IMG/VR virus record: IMGVR_UViG_3300005805_009498 | Span: 8,447 to 72,446 of that record | From: a virus | Lineage: Duplodnaviria > Caudoviricetes | Reading direction: 5' to 3' (one strand) | DNA: 64,000 nt | Shown: positions 37,934-47,731 of the stretch, piece by piece | How the letters are laid out: each line of letters opens with the position of its first letter | Numbering within the stretch: position 1 is the stretch's first letter | Position numbers and translations under genes: made by a program | The notes under the pieces: model-generated | Database searches by the model: none | Told to the model about the DNA's origin: nothing | What the model saw: only the letters and a program-made list of their open reading frames with translations

Positions 37934-39321
37934 TCCCTCTTCGATAAATATATCACCTGAGAAAATCCCAACTGCTCTGTTTGATCGTAAATTAGTTTGT
38001 GACCCTTTACATAATAAAAATCGCTAAGAAAAGAGTTTGCGGTTGACACAGTTCTGGTTCCTGTCTCGTATTTCGGATCGGTAACAGTAAACCTATCTGT
38101 CGCATCCCCGTAATTCATTATTATGACCGGAACGCGTTGTCCTCTGTGAACAAATAGGTTTGGGTTTGCCAGACTTGCTTCTAACATGATCTTTTCTATC
38201 TCCATCAGGTTAAATGAGTTCAACATTTTTGCTACCATGTAGTTTCGATGAACGTTTCCTATGGGTAAAGAATATTGGGTTCCCAACCAGACAAGGGAAG
38301 CTATTGTTCCAGTAAAAGCATTCCAAAACAATGGAGTCACAGTCTGAGGTGCATCAGGGGTAGATAAAGGACCTACAGCGTCTCCTACAACGGTTCTTGA
38401 AGAAAAATCATAAAGAGCGTAATCCTTATAAACACCTTGATTATATGTGATTAAAGAGGCGTTGTTTATGATATCGAACTTTCTTATGAAGTTGTTAAAC
38501 GACATCGTCGTGACATCGTTTGTTAAAGCGAAAACCTCCATGTTTGATTCGAACGTTTTATTCTCCTTTGGAATCCTCACGTTAATGTCGCTTATCACAC
38601 CGGGTTGTCCATCAGGGGCATATGTAAACTGTTTGTTTACGTTTATCAAATTGAGATTGTAATAGAAATCTATGAATGCGGTAAAGAAGCTGTTTTCGTC
38701 CTCCCACGCATGATCAGTTATAGAATTAATGAACCGTTCATAATTCCCAATCAATCTCCATCTCATCTTATCGTTGGTTGAATCAACGTTTGACGCGAAT
38801 CCTATTTCTAACTCCTCTGCGATTTTTTTTAACACCTCATAACTTGTTCCTTCGAGAGAAAAAATCTTCTCTGTATAAAAGTTAGGAATGTACAACCTTG
38901 CGGTAATCCTTAAAACGGAAACCCCGATGTCTCCAGGATAATCTCCTCCGAAATAGTCAACTGTAACTATTTGATAGTCGTTTCTTATTGGTTTTATGTT
39001 ATCGTTAGGAGAACGAAGAAATATGGAAATTATGTCTCCTGCTCTGGGAAATATCTGTTTAAAAAAATTACTTTTTCCTCCGGAAAGATTTATTGTCATG
39101 AACAGCTTTGGCATAAACCCCATGCAATCCAATTCTACACGTCCCAACATGGGTTGGGGAATTTCTTCGGAGTTCAATAAAACATAAGGATATGCCTGAC
39201 CTACCATTGCGGTAGTATATCCCTGGGGACCGCCCGTACCTAATTTTTGTTCGGGCGCATTCATGGTAAGGATCTTAAGCTTTGCCTTTACCTTTTCCTT
39301 TATGTTTATTTGTTCTAACAA
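37906..39321 (-). CDS. Putative baseplate hub protein (gp27/VgrG-N-like)
   Basis: Lies between gp53-like and gp5-like genes; GTSYEVLKKIAEELEIGF and FFTAFIDFYYNLNL are hub-like; 471 aa. Confidence 0.55.
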   Translation of the reverse strand: MLEQINIKEKVKAKLKILTMNAPEQKLGTGGPQGYTTAMVGQAYPYVLLNSEEIPQPMLGRVELDCMGFMPKLFMTINLSGGKSNFFKQIFPRAGDIISIFLRSPNDNIKPIRNDYQIVTVDYFGGDYPGDIGVSVLRITARLYIPNFYTEKIFSLEGTSYEVLKKIAEELEIGFASNVDSTNDKMRWRLIGNYERFINSITDHAWEDENSFFTAFIDFYYNLNLINVNKQFTYAPDGQPGVISDINVRIPKENKTFESNMEVFALTNDVTTMSFNNFIRKFDIINNASLITYNQGVYKDYALYDFSSRTVVGDAVGPLSTPDAPQTVTPLFWNAFTGTIASLVWLGTQYSLPIGNVHRNYMVAKMLNSFNLMEIEKIMLEASLANPNLFVHRGQRVPVIIMNYGDATDRFTVTDPKYETGTRTVSTANSFLSDFYYVKGHKLIYDQTEQLGFSQVIYLSKREWTTSSVRQ

Positions 39322-39324
39322 GTT

Positions 39325-39933
39325 TTACGTTATCCTATTTTTTATTAACCTAGCCAGAAGCTCTCCTTTGCTAACAGGATTGCTTTCGTTAGTTATACAC
39401 TTTCCAATGTTTGGCGCAAATATCACCTGACCGCCCTTTATCAAAAATTGTTTATCTCCAAAATCTGCTACACTGGGTGGAAGACCGCTTCCATCTTCCT
39501 TTAACTCTTCTACTCCCTTTTCGAAATTTTGGTTAAACTGTTGTATTGCAGACTCGAGAGTTTGCGTTTGATTTGGATCCGTGTAATTCAACCTAAAATC
39601 TAAGGGAACCTCTGTTTGTATTGGATCTCTCTCAACTTCAGATTCCCTTGAAAATGAAACGTTATTTGGAATAACTAAGGTATCATCCAAATCCAAAGAA
39701 AAAGGATTCGATATTCCATTTACTTTACATATTTGGTCCTGGTAGGAATCCTCTCCATAAACTCTTACAGACACCAAATCTGGTCTAGCCTGTTCTCCAT
39801 CGATAACCTTTGCAATGGTTTGAAATTTTATAGACAAACTTTTTAAGGTTTTAGCAGCGAGATCAACTATAGTCTCCGCACCATCGGTTCTTGTCTTTTC
39901 GGGCTTTAGAGAAAGTATAAATGAATCAAACAT
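39325..39933 (-). CDS. gp53: Baseplate wedge protein, gp53/LysM-like
   Basis: ARPDLVSVRVYG...ICKVNGISNPFSLDLDDTLVIP signature. Confidence 0.75.
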   Translation of the reverse strand: MFDSFILSLKPEKTRTDGAETIVDLAAKTLKSLSIKFQTIAKVIDGEQARPDLVSVRVYGEDSYQDQICKVNGISNPFSLDLDDTLVIPNNVSFSRESEVERDPIQTEVPLDFRLNYTDPNQTQTLESAIQQFNQNFEKGVEELKEDGSGLPPSVADFGDKQFLIKGGQVIFAPNIGKCITNESNPVSKGELLARLIKNRIT

Positions 39934-40537
39934 CGGTCTGCAATTTTTTCAATATCCAGTAGGAATCCACCAGATCGTCTATAGGTTTAACAACGTTTTC
40001 TTTTTTGATCAAATTTTCCAGCTGAGATTTCATCTTTATGTATATTGGATTTTTTTCTAACTGTTGGTCTTCAGATGAAAGAAATGCATTGAGCATATCG
40101 GGTTTCTTAAATCTTGCACCACCAGCGAAGGATTTTATTGTCACGGGAGAATAAAAAAACATTCTTTCTGGCTCCAATATCTCCTTTATGATCATGTTTC
40201 TAAGAAGGAATTGGTAAGAAGCCAACTCTAAAAGACTATTTCCTTTACTATTAAAGGAATGACCTTCCAGCGCAATTGCCGTTATATGATTTTTTTTCAA
40301 TACCTCTGTTATCGAAGAACACAGAATCTGCGCATCTATTATCTTCATTCTTTCGGAGGAACAATAATTTGAACCTTGAACCCTTTTTGGTAAAACATGG
40401 GAGACAAACCCTTTTTCTCCGAGATCAAAATGTTTCATTCCTTCCCTAGAAAAATGATGCCACGTGTAATTACCGTCTAATAGAATACAAACACAGGTGG
40501 AATTTATGCTAAAATCTATGGATGCGATGCCTTCCAT
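39926..40537 (-). CDS. RuvC-like Holliday junction resolvase
   Basis: Acidic residues in IDFSINST, IALEGHSF and DDLVDS, plus SPVTIKSFAGG...KKPDM. Confidence 0.8.
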   Translation of the reverse strand: MEGIASIDFSINSTCVCILLDGNYTWHHFSREGMKHFDLGEKGFVSHVLPKRVQGSNYCSSERMKIIDAQILCSSITEVLKKNHITAIALEGHSFNSKGNSLLELASYQFLLRNMIIKEILEPERMFFYSPVTIKSFAGGARFKKPDMLNAFLSSEDQQLEKNPIYIKMKSQLENLIKKENVVKPIDDLVDSYWILKKLQTDV

Positions 40538-40556
40538 TTTCTATTAATTTTATAGA

Positions 40557-43151
40557 TCATTGTCGTTGAATCGAGGTTCCGCTTACTACAGCTGCAGGAT
40601 TCGTATTTTTTGGAGCTGTACGTGATATTTGAGGAGTAGGAAGAGTAAGATCCGGGTTTGATGGAACCTTAAAGAAGTTTGACATAGGAGCCGCGATACT
40701 ATCTGAAAACGCATCGGTAAAATCAAAAATAGCAGAGGTTGCAACCTGTTTTGATATTTCTTCTTGAACCTGTTCAAGGGTCTTGGACGTTCCAGTGATT
40801 CCTGGTTTTGGTATGTAAAGAGGCCCAAATCCGTCGTTGAAAACAGATTCAACGTCCTGATTTGCCCTAGGCATTCCAGGTTTTAATGTGACGGTTGCAG
40901 ACATTTCAGTTGGAAAATCATCCGGTCCTAATTCGTTGTTAAATGTTATCTCGACCCCCTCACAAATAAGATTTCCTAAGGTTGCTATAGGTTTGAATGG
41001 GTTTCCTACTGTGAGATGCCACTCTCCCACAGGAGCGCCTGTCTTTAGTGCTTGAAATTCAGGAATTGCAGGATTTCCTCCGCTTGTAAGGTTAAACAAA
41101 CCAGACAGAAGATCTATTGCCGTTAACTCTTTTAGTTGCTCTGGTAAAAGACCACCGATACCGGCCATTGCTGCAGTTGCGGTTGCTGTAGTATCTTGAC
41201 TGCCCCCTGCCGCATCTACGCTGCTGCTGTCCTTTGCTTTATTAGGATTTTGTATGTTGCTATTTCTTAGTTGGGTAAAAAATTTAACTATATCTGCGCC
41301 TTTAAACTGATTCCCAAATGATTTTTGTAGGATCTCATAAAATTTTGTTGTGGCAGAATCAAAATCCCCGTTCCATATCAATCCAACCAGCTTTATTGTG
41401 TCCTCTTCGCTTAAAAGAGGAAATATTCCCTTATTCAGATAGAACCTGGCTTCTCCTCCCCAAAAATTACCGCGGTAATGGGTTGTTGCTAAAATGTTTG
41501 ACATGATGTCCAACATAGCGGCCTTCGCATTTATGTGACCTATTGCCTTTAAAGAATATTCAAACTTTAATTGTATGGTTTCGGCAACTCCACCAAAAAG
41601 TCCAGGAACCCTTTTTTGTGCGCTGGTTATAACATTGTAAGGCTCTCTATAGAGATCCGAAAGATAACCGCCTCGTTCATATGGGTTGAATGTGTCCAAA
41701 TAGCTTCCTATTCCAGAAAAACGAGACTTATCTATGATGTTTGCATACGCAAGTATACCTGACGCAAAAAATTCTGGATTTAATCCGGCTTTACTTGCTG
41801 CCTGTTTTATAGAACCAGTAAGATCTCCTATGTCATTAAAAAATGTTCCTTTTCCGCCTCCTGTAAGGGCCTTTGACAGTCCTCCTGTTGCCAGTCCTGC
41901 GGCTAAAGATGCTACTCCGGCCCCAAGTTTTGCAACACGACTAGCTTCAAATAAACTTGTTATTCCAGTAGCTGCGCCTTGAAAGAGTTTTACATCCTGT
42001 ATATTTGATTCGTTTTGACCCTGCCACTTTGAACTAACACTAATCTTGAGTATTGTGCCCAGATCGTTCCCACTTTCTCCTCCAAAATAGGTCACCATTT
42101 GCGAGACTGGATTATTTCCCCATCCCTGTACACGATATGCCCCTTTTACTCCCTTTCCGCTTGATCCAAAATAAGCAGAACGGGTTAAATTGTCCTGTAT
42201 AGGAAACATGTATCTTCTTAGGGTTATTAGCCTTGTTAAAGGAATTCTATTGTAATGTTTAAGCCAAAGAAAATCTGCCGCCCTGTATGGGGTTGGGTTA
42301 GTTTTTGAAAATGCGCCAAATTTATTTAACAAGGCGGATAACGTAACCTCTTTTTTTCCTATAGTTGAAACCCCAAGTCTAGATTCTTTATCCAATAGCA
42401 ATCTTGATTGAGCCTTTGAATCTTCACCAGCGCTAGTTCCATTTGCTATGGAATTTAATCTAAAAACGTAGTGTGGGTTTACAATCGGTTCAACCCCTTG
42501 GTATCCTACTCTTTCTCCTTGTCCGTCGCCCGAAACTTTTTCAAGGCTCAATCCCTTTGAATATCTTTCATGAGCATCTATTGGTCCAAAGAATGCATAA
42601 GAAAGACGGGAATCAACAACGCCTAGGTTGGTTGTTGCAGCTGCGCTTGGGTTTAATAGTGTGTTCACCGCACCGCGAAAAACGTCCTTAACATCCTGCA
42701 CGACACTACGTGCTATGGATTCTCCTGCCTGTTCAGCCTGGTTAGATACGCTGCTTGAAAGATTACGAGCAAACGTTGAAATCTCTTGCCCCGGGTTTCT
42801 TATAAGGTTTCCAACGTTAATCCTAGAAAGCTCATCGCCTACGAAAGTTCCTCCAAAGTTCGATGCTATGTCTGCGATTGGAACCAGGTCCTGACCGGAT
42901 TGAAAGAAATTTCCCGTGACGCCGAAAGCCTGAGGAGAAGATAGCACAGAAAACCTATCGAAATTAGGACCAAGGTTTTGTACGGTGTTGGAATTTAATC
43001 CCGATATGTTCTTTACTGTAGAGCTTACAGATTTCGCGGGATCGGATCCGAACGTTATGCCAGAAGATATGTTTCCTGTGACCAGTCCCTCTTCAAGGTT
43101 TTGAGGGTCAAAAGGAAGGGCAATGTTCTGTGCGTTGGAAAAAATGCTCAT
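40557..43151 (-). CDS. Putative baseplate/tail tube initiator-like structural protein (864 aa)
   Basis: Baseplate context; C-terminal GEWHLTVGNP...GNLICEGVEITF...DDFPTEMSATVTLKPG resembles a tube-fold beta-sheet. Confidence 0.45.
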   Translation of the reverse strand: MSIFSNAQNIALPFDPQNLEEGLVTGNISSGITFGSDPAKSVSSTVKNISGLNSNTVQNLGPNFDRFSVLSSPQAFGVTGNFFQSGQDLVPIADIASNFGGTFVGDELSRINVGNLIRNPGQEISTFARNLSSSVSNQAEQAGESIARSVVQDVKDVFRGAVNTLLNPSAAATTNLGVVDSRLSYAFFGPIDAHERYSKGLSLEKVSGDGQGERVGYQGVEPIVNPHYVFRLNSIANGTSAGEDSKAQSRLLLDKESRLGVSTIGKKEVTLSALLNKFGAFSKTNPTPYRAADFLWLKHYNRIPLTRLITLRRYMFPIQDNLTRSAYFGSSGKGVKGAYRVQGWGNNPVSQMVTYFGGESGNDLGTILKISVSSKWQGQNESNIQDVKLFQGAATGITSLFEASRVAKLGAGVASLAAGLATGGLSKALTGGGKGTFFNDIGDLTGSIKQAASKAGLNPEFFASGILAYANIIDKSRFSGIGSYLDTFNPYERGGYLSDLYREPYNVITSAQKRVPGLFGGVAETIQLKFEYSLKAIGHINAKAAMLDIMSNILATTHYRGNFWGGEARFYLNKGIFPLLSEEDTIKLVGLIWNGDFDSATTKFYEILQKSFGNQFKGADIVKFFTQLRNSNIQNPNKAKDSSSVDAAGGSQDTTATATAAMAGIGGLLPEQLKELTAIDLLSGLFNLTSGGNPAIPEFQALKTGAPVGEWHLTVGNPFKPIATLGNLICEGVEITFNNELGPDDFPTEMSATVTLKPGMPRANQDVESVFNDGFGPLYIPKPGITGTSKTLEQVQEEISKQVATSAIFDFTDAFSDSIAAPMSNFFKVPSNPDLTLPTPQISRTAPKNTNPAAVVSGTSIQRQ

Positions 43152-43510
43152 ATCAGTAATTGAAAGTTTAGTTCTTCATTGATGTAAACATCAAGCACGG
43201 CCGTTTTTGATATTTCTCCCTCTGAAATGTAAAGATCGAACTCAACGTTGATTCCAGGAAAATAGGGTTTTATGTATTGAAAATACTGTGAATCTATTTC
43301 CTGCAACATGTCGTCCCTATCAAAGTCGTATTCAAAAAGCATATCTTCAAGGTTCAACCCATAGAATGGAAATGCCACCACTTCTCCTGGAGAAGTGGCA
43401 AAAAGCATTTTCAACTGTTCGATAAGGTCTTGAAGCTTATCGTTTTCTTCCATTTTGTTCGCAACGAACTTTGGGTCGTCTTCGTTACGAAGATATATGT
43501 CTCTTAACAT
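43148..43510 (-). CDS. gp25: Baseplate wedge/sheath initiator, gp25-like
   Basis: 120 aa; LKMLFATSPGEVVAFPFYGLNLEDMLFE matches the GPW/gp25 motif. Confidence 0.75.
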   Translation of the reverse strand: MLRDIYLRNEDDPKFVANKMEENDKLQDLIEQLKMLFATSPGEVVAFPFYGLNLEDMLFEYDFDRDDMLQEIDSQYFQYIKPYFPGINVEFDLYISEGEISKTAVLDVYINEELNFQLLI

Positions 43511-43514
43511 AAGT

Positions 43515-44246
43515 TTAGTGTATCTGTAAGAAGTAGTCAGGAACGTTTTCCGTGTCTATCTTCTCTATTACCTTGTCAACCATTGCTGTTCCTTGAGTTT
43601 CAAGAGTGTTCGCATTTATCTGTGCACCACCAGGAAGCGTCATGCTTATGAATGAATAAACGCGTGCCATGGATATAAGCGCCTTTCCTTTCACATAGTC
43701 TATGAAAAGAGGATCATCGTACAGGCTTTGCTCTGGTATCTTTGTCATTACCCTGCAGGAAACATCGTACATCGGATTTCTTCCAAGAAGAGTCAGGTGA
43801 CGGGTGTTTTGATTAAAGCTAAACTGTATCCTCTCAAGAAAATAAGCTCTTGTTAAGTCGTAATAGGCGTATTGGGCCGTACGGTATACTAGATCATCGC
43901 TACCGAACGGGGCAAGATAAAGCTCTGCTGCTATCAGTCGATTTTCGGTTATGTCCCGGTCGATCATTCCAAAAAAGTTGGCTGACTTCATCTCTTTAAC
44001 GTCCAAAACGCTGACCACGCACTCAGGGAGAACTATCTGTCTGCGATTGGATTTCCATACGCTATCAAACGTAGACTTAGGAAGTATGTAATAAACAGTT
44101 TCTACCGCATATTGATAGTTTTGATAGAACCATCGAGCTGCGTCATTTATTATCCTGTCTATTTCTTTTATTCCTATCGAGGTAGAAATAGCGCCAGAAG
44201 CTGTTATTTCGTCCTGAACAAGTTCTATTAATTGATCTTTTACCAT
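43515..44246 (-). CDS. gp13: Neck/head-completion protein, gp13-like
   Basis: C-terminal MTLPGGAQINANTLETQG matches the gp13 LPGGxxxN motif. Confidence 0.8.
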   Translation of the reverse strand: MVKDQLIELVQDEITASGAISTSIGIKEIDRIINDAARWFYQNYQYAVETVYYILPKSTFDSVWKSNRRQIVLPECVVSVLDVKEMKSANFFGMIDRDITENRLIAAELYLAPFGSDDLVYRTAQYAYYDLTRAYFLERIQFSFNQNTRHLTLLGRNPMYDVSCRVMTKIPEQSLYDDPLFIDYVKGKALISMARVYSFISMTLPGGAQINANTLETQGTAMVDKVIEKIDTENVPDYFLQIH

Positions 44247-44249
44247 GGT

Positions 44250-44258
44250 CTATATATC
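44250..44258 (-). promoter_or_regulatory. Candidate phage promoter motif GATATATAG
   Basis: Sits between the terminator and the neck-gene ATG (3 nt upstream). Confidence 0.55.
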
Positions 44259-44261
44259 AAA

Positions 44262-44291
44262 AAATAAAGGGCGCTTTTGCGCCCTTTATTT
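44262..44291. terminator. Rho-independent terminator ending the 49553-44286 operon
   Basis: 13-bp stem aaataaagggcgc-tttt-gcgccctttattt, with a T-run on the minus strand. Confidence 0.9.
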
Positions 44292-44645
44292 TATCTTTAT
44301 CACTTGATCGACGTGTTTGTGTAGCCTCTTCAAAGAATCGTTGTCCAACAAAAAGGATTTCTTTATCTCTATTTCAAGAGACAACAGCTCCTTTTTTATG
44401 TTTTTCACCAGTTCAACCGATATTGAGGGGTTGATATACTGAATGCTACTTTTCTTTTTCTTTTTGGCAAACTCAAATTCTTCCTTTAATATTAGATTCA
44501 TAAGGTAAACAGAAGTGTTTTCCATCTGTCCGTCTGAATTCTTTTTCAATCTTAGAAGTATTTTGTTTACATCTATGACATACGGTTTGGATCCCGTAGC
44601 GTACTTCGGTGCGTTGGATTTCTCCTTAGAAAAAATCAGGTTCAT
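44286..44645 (-). CDS. Hypothetical protein
   Basis: 119 aa, 4-nt overlap with the upstream gene, ends in the terminator. Confidence 0.7.
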   Translation of the reverse strand: MNLIFSKEKSNAPKYATGSKPYVIDVNKILLRLKKNSDGQMENTSVYLMNLILKEEFEFAKKKKKSSIQYINPSISVELVKNIKKELLSLEIEIKKSFLLDNDSLKRLHKHVDQVIKIK

Positions 44646-45079
44646 TTACTTAATTTTTTACTTTCAATCTTTTCTTGAACTTCCATGTTTCTTTCCATTA
44701 TCTCTGATACCTTTTCCTCAGAATATCCTTTTTCCAAAAGATGCGCAGCGATAGATTCGTTTCTTAGATCCATGGATTTTCTAATGTTTTTTATGACTTC
44801 CTCGGTGTTTGATGCATGAAGTTGTTTTCCGTTCTGTATGTTATTCTTTATGTTTTCAAACCAATCCTTATATCCTAATCGATTCTTTAACTTTATGTAT
44901 CCGCTTTGTTTTAACAAGGATCTTCTAAACTTTCTATTAAACGTCATGTTTGAGAATAACGAAGTATCAAAATCATCCTGAATAGCTGGATCTGGCTGTT
45001 CAACGCTTAGATCGATCTCTTGGACCGGGTTTTCTTGTTCTATGTTGTTTTCTTCCAAAACCTGTGTTTCCTCGTTCAT
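44642..45079 (-). CDS. Hypothetical protein
   Basis: 145 aa, acidic N-terminus, coupled by 4-nt overlaps. Confidence 0.75.
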   Translation of the reverse strand: MNEETQVLEENNIEQENPVQEIDLSVEQPDPAIQDDFDTSLFSNMTFNRKFRRSLLKQSGYIKLKNRLGYKDWFENIKNNIQNGKQLHASNTEEVIKNIRKSMDLRNESIAAHLLEKGYSEEKVSEIMERNMEVQEKIESKKLSK

Positions 45080-45648
45080 TTCTTTTCTCCGTAAATTTTT
45101 GTTATTGAATTTTTTATGGCGTTATTTATTTCTTCCTTGGATACCGATTCTACTATTATATCTATCACCTCATTGACTGTAGACTCATCAAAGGTTTCGT
45201 TTATCATCTTAAAAAATGACTTTGTCGGTAAGTTTATTTCCAATTCTATGGGAACGATCTCTGTACTTTTTTTGGATCTTAATAGTAGATCGGACGAGAA
45301 CGTTCCTCTACTCTTTTTGCTCTGCGTTTCCGTTGGTTTTTCTTTGACTCTTTCCAGGCCTAACATTGCCATGTGTTGGTCAGGAATGGCTGATTCGCTT
45401 TTAACCCTTTTTTGTTTTAAAACCTCGGGACTCTCAATTGGGTACATCATGTCCAAATCTATTCTGCCTAAAGCGTTTTCCTTTGTTGGAATAACGATGA
45501 AGTCCTTTCCCAATTTTGACATCGGAATCCTTTGACCGTTGGAAAGAACAGCAAAATCCTCAAAAGTTTGACTGTCCTGTGTTAGTTCAACCGGTTCAAC
45601 ATTTCCTCTGTTTGATCCTATTATCCATTGTAAGTATTGATTATTCAT
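45076..45648 (-). CDS. Hypothetical protein
   Basis: 190 aa, overlaps both neighbours. Confidence 0.75.
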   Translation of the reverse strand: MNNQYLQWIIGSNRGNVEPVELTQDSQTFEDFAVLSNGQRIPMSKLGKDFIVIPTKENALGRIDLDMMYPIESPEVLKQKRVKSESAIPDQHMAMLGLERVKEKPTETQSKKSRGTFSSDLLLRSKKSTEIVPIELEINLPTKSFFKMINETFDESTVNEVIDIIVESVSKEEINNAIKNSITKIYGEKK

Positions 45649-45952
45649 CGAAGAGCGTTATTATATTTTCTTGATAAAACTTTTTTCTATCTTCCTGCAT
45701 TGTATCTATGGTGTTGGTTATCATTTCCTTAAGAAATTCTAGATTTTCTTTAAAGAATATGTTTACCCCTCTTTTAGAGACATCGTCGGAATTTGATGTG
45801 AAGTTTTTTGGAATCTCGTTTATTCTCCAAAACAATAGTGGACGACAATCCACAAATTTTATGTTTACCTCTTTCCATCCGTTTGGCTTTACGGTTATCG
45901 TTTCACAAAGATCCCATTCTATGTCGTTTTCAATCTTGTAGTCTATCTTCAT
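45641..45952 (-). CDS. Hypothetical protein
   Basis: 103 aa, overlaps both neighbours. Confidence 0.7.
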   Translation of the reverse strand: MKIDYKIENDIEWDLCETITVKPNGWKEVNIKFVDCRPLLFWRINEIPKNFTSNSDDVSKRGVNIFFKENLEFLKEMITNTIDTMQEDRKKFYQENIITLFDE

Positions 45953-46647
45953 GCGTTAATTCCCCCTATTACCCTTGGCCAATAAACATCTGGGGATATT
46001 CCCATCAACTGTATCACCAATTCCAATTCCTTATCGGCGTTAAGACCATTAGGAAGATTCCAATGATGGCTTTCTACCGGTTTCACGTGAGAGGCTTTAA
46101 CATCGTCTATTATAGCAAGTCTTTCGTAATTAAGTTCCCTTGCCCATAGATAATCTTGCGCCCACCCTGAATATGTTATGGTGAATGTTCCAAGAACACG
46201 TCTTAGCGCCGATGTCTTAAACAACGGACACATTATCTCAACATAGTTTGTGTATCTAATGAACTTGGTTTGATCGTTCAATACTAATGGAAAACTATAG
46301 TAACTGTCATGGGTTAACGATGGCTGACATATATTTAGATTATAATCCTGCGCAATCGTAAACAATCTAGCTATCTCGGTTGGATCAAGATGAACATCGT
46401 AATCAGGCATCCATATCCAATCATACTGATCGAGTATGTCGTACTTTTCGATGAACCTCTTGTATATGTGATGTTTGTACCCTTTGTCTTTCACATAATA
46501 CTTTGCTGTTCCATACACCTGAGGATCGTCGTTCCATTCGTCAGGGTTGAAATTTATAAGAGCAAGATCAAATCCGCATAGTTTAAAGTCTTTGTCGTTA
46601 TAAAATCCCCCCTCGGCGCTTGTAGCTATGACGAGGTTTCTTTTCAT
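45949..46647 (-). CDS. DUF707-family GT-A glycosyltransferase-like protein
   Basis: YDWIWMPDYD (DxD), ICQPSL, YVEIMCPLF and SGWAQDYLW match the DUF707 pattern. Confidence 0.8.
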   Translation of the reverse strand: MKRNLVIATSAEGGFYNDKDFKLCGFDLALINFNPDEWNDDPQVYGTAKYYVKDKGYKHHIYKRFIEKYDILDQYDWIWMPDYDVHLDPTEIARLFTIAQDYNLNICQPSLTHDSYYSFPLVLNDQTKFIRYTNYVEIMCPLFKTSALRRVLGTFTITYSGWAQDYLWARELNYERLAIIDDVKASHVKPVESHHWNLPNGLNADKELELVIQLMGISPDVYWPRVIGGINA

Positions 46648-46883
46648 TGCTGTGTTTGTTCTTCTTGCTGCTGTGTAGCGTTTACCGATTCTACAGAGCG
46701 ATCAGGTCTAAAAAACACTATTGCATCATAAATGATCTTGGCTTCTTGAATTGAATATGCGCCAAGTCTTGTTGCGTGTTCTGCCGCGTTTACGAGAACG
46801 TTTATCGCCTTAGCTGGATCGTCTATCACATACGCAGGTGTTTGTGGACGTTCTGGTTGCGGTGTTTGTTCGGTTGTTTCCAT
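46644..46883 (-). CDS. Small hypothetical protein
   Basis: 79 aa, TAATG and ATGA coupling; GAYSIQEAKIIYDAI helix. Confidence 0.7.
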   Translation of the reverse strand: METTEQTPQPERPQTPAYVIDDPAKAINVLVNAAEHATRLGAYSIQEAKIIYDAIVFFRPDRSVESVNATQQQEEQTQQ

Positions 46884-47731
46884 TATTCCTCTACGAAAAA
46901 TTTGTTAAATATGTCGATGTAATCTTGTGTTTTAAGAACCGAAAAATCTTCTATAGATTCCATGTGTTCGTTAAAACGCTTTGCTTGTATTGATATTCCA
47001 GTATTTGGATCAAAGATCGGCTTAGTTATCTTTAGCTCTATATCATTATTTGAATTTGGATTTTCCTTTCTCAATTCTTGTACCAGAGAGAAATGTCTCT
47101 CGTAATAATGAGTATTATCAGAGCAATGATAGTAGGTTCCAACTTCGAGTTCGTTGTATTTTTCCTTTAGAAGAAGGTACATCGATTGATAAACAACAGA
47201 AAAGAACGGCGCATCGTATTGAAGACCATAGAATATGTCGTTTGATCTCATCTGTACCTTCATGTTTAGCTTATTATCTCTTATCCAAAAGTTCATATAC
47301 ATTGTACAAACGAAATCCTTAACACCTTGACGTTGATACGCCGGTGTATTAAAAACCATTATGGCTTGACGCGTAGATTTGTCGTTAATAAGGGCATCAT
47401 AGGCCCACTTGAACTGGCTTTTGTTTTGTCTTGAATTTATGATGTATCCGTAATTGGAATTAACACGGTTAAACTCATCTACCAGACTTTTCCAAAAGCT
47501 AGAAAATTCGTTGATTCTATTTATGTTTGTATCTTCACACAGATACCACCATAATTCTCCTATGAAATACTTCCAATTAAAAGCCTTGCTATCGAAGTTC
47601 ATGAGAGGGTATAACGGATCGAACTCAAGGGTGGTAAGATACTCTTCTACGACCTTTAATCCTCTTGGTGAATCTTCGGTTTCCATCCTTGAAAGGAGAG
47701 ACAGAACTTCGCTGTTTAGGGTTTTTTTCAT
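46883..47731 (-). CDS. Thymidylate-synthase-superfamily enzyme of the cytosine-specific type (dCMP hydroxymethylase-like, T4 gp42-like)
   Basis: E59, catalytic C142 (DFVCT), MRSND165, and D173 at the position of E. coli Asn177 / T4 gp42 Asp179; HYY210. Confidence 0.85.
   Translation of the reverse strand: MKKTLNSEVLSLLSRMETEDSPRGLKVVEEYLTTLEFDPLYPLMNFDSKAFNWKYFIGELWWYLCEDTNINRINEFSSFWKSLVDEFNRVNSNYGYIINSRQNKSQFKWAYDALINDKSTRQAIMVFNTPAYQRQGVKDFVCTMYMNFWIRDNKLNMKVQMRSNDIFYGLQYDAPFFSVVYQSMYLLLKEKYNELEVGTYYHCSDNTHYYERHFSLVQELRKENPNSNNDIELKITKPIFDPNTGISIQAKRFNEHMESIEDFSVLKTQDYIDIFNKFFVEE

Noticed and set aside
46883-47731. Ordinary thyA, or an intron-containing td gene
   Set aside because: Asp sits at the specificity position; the ORF is continuous and of normal length.
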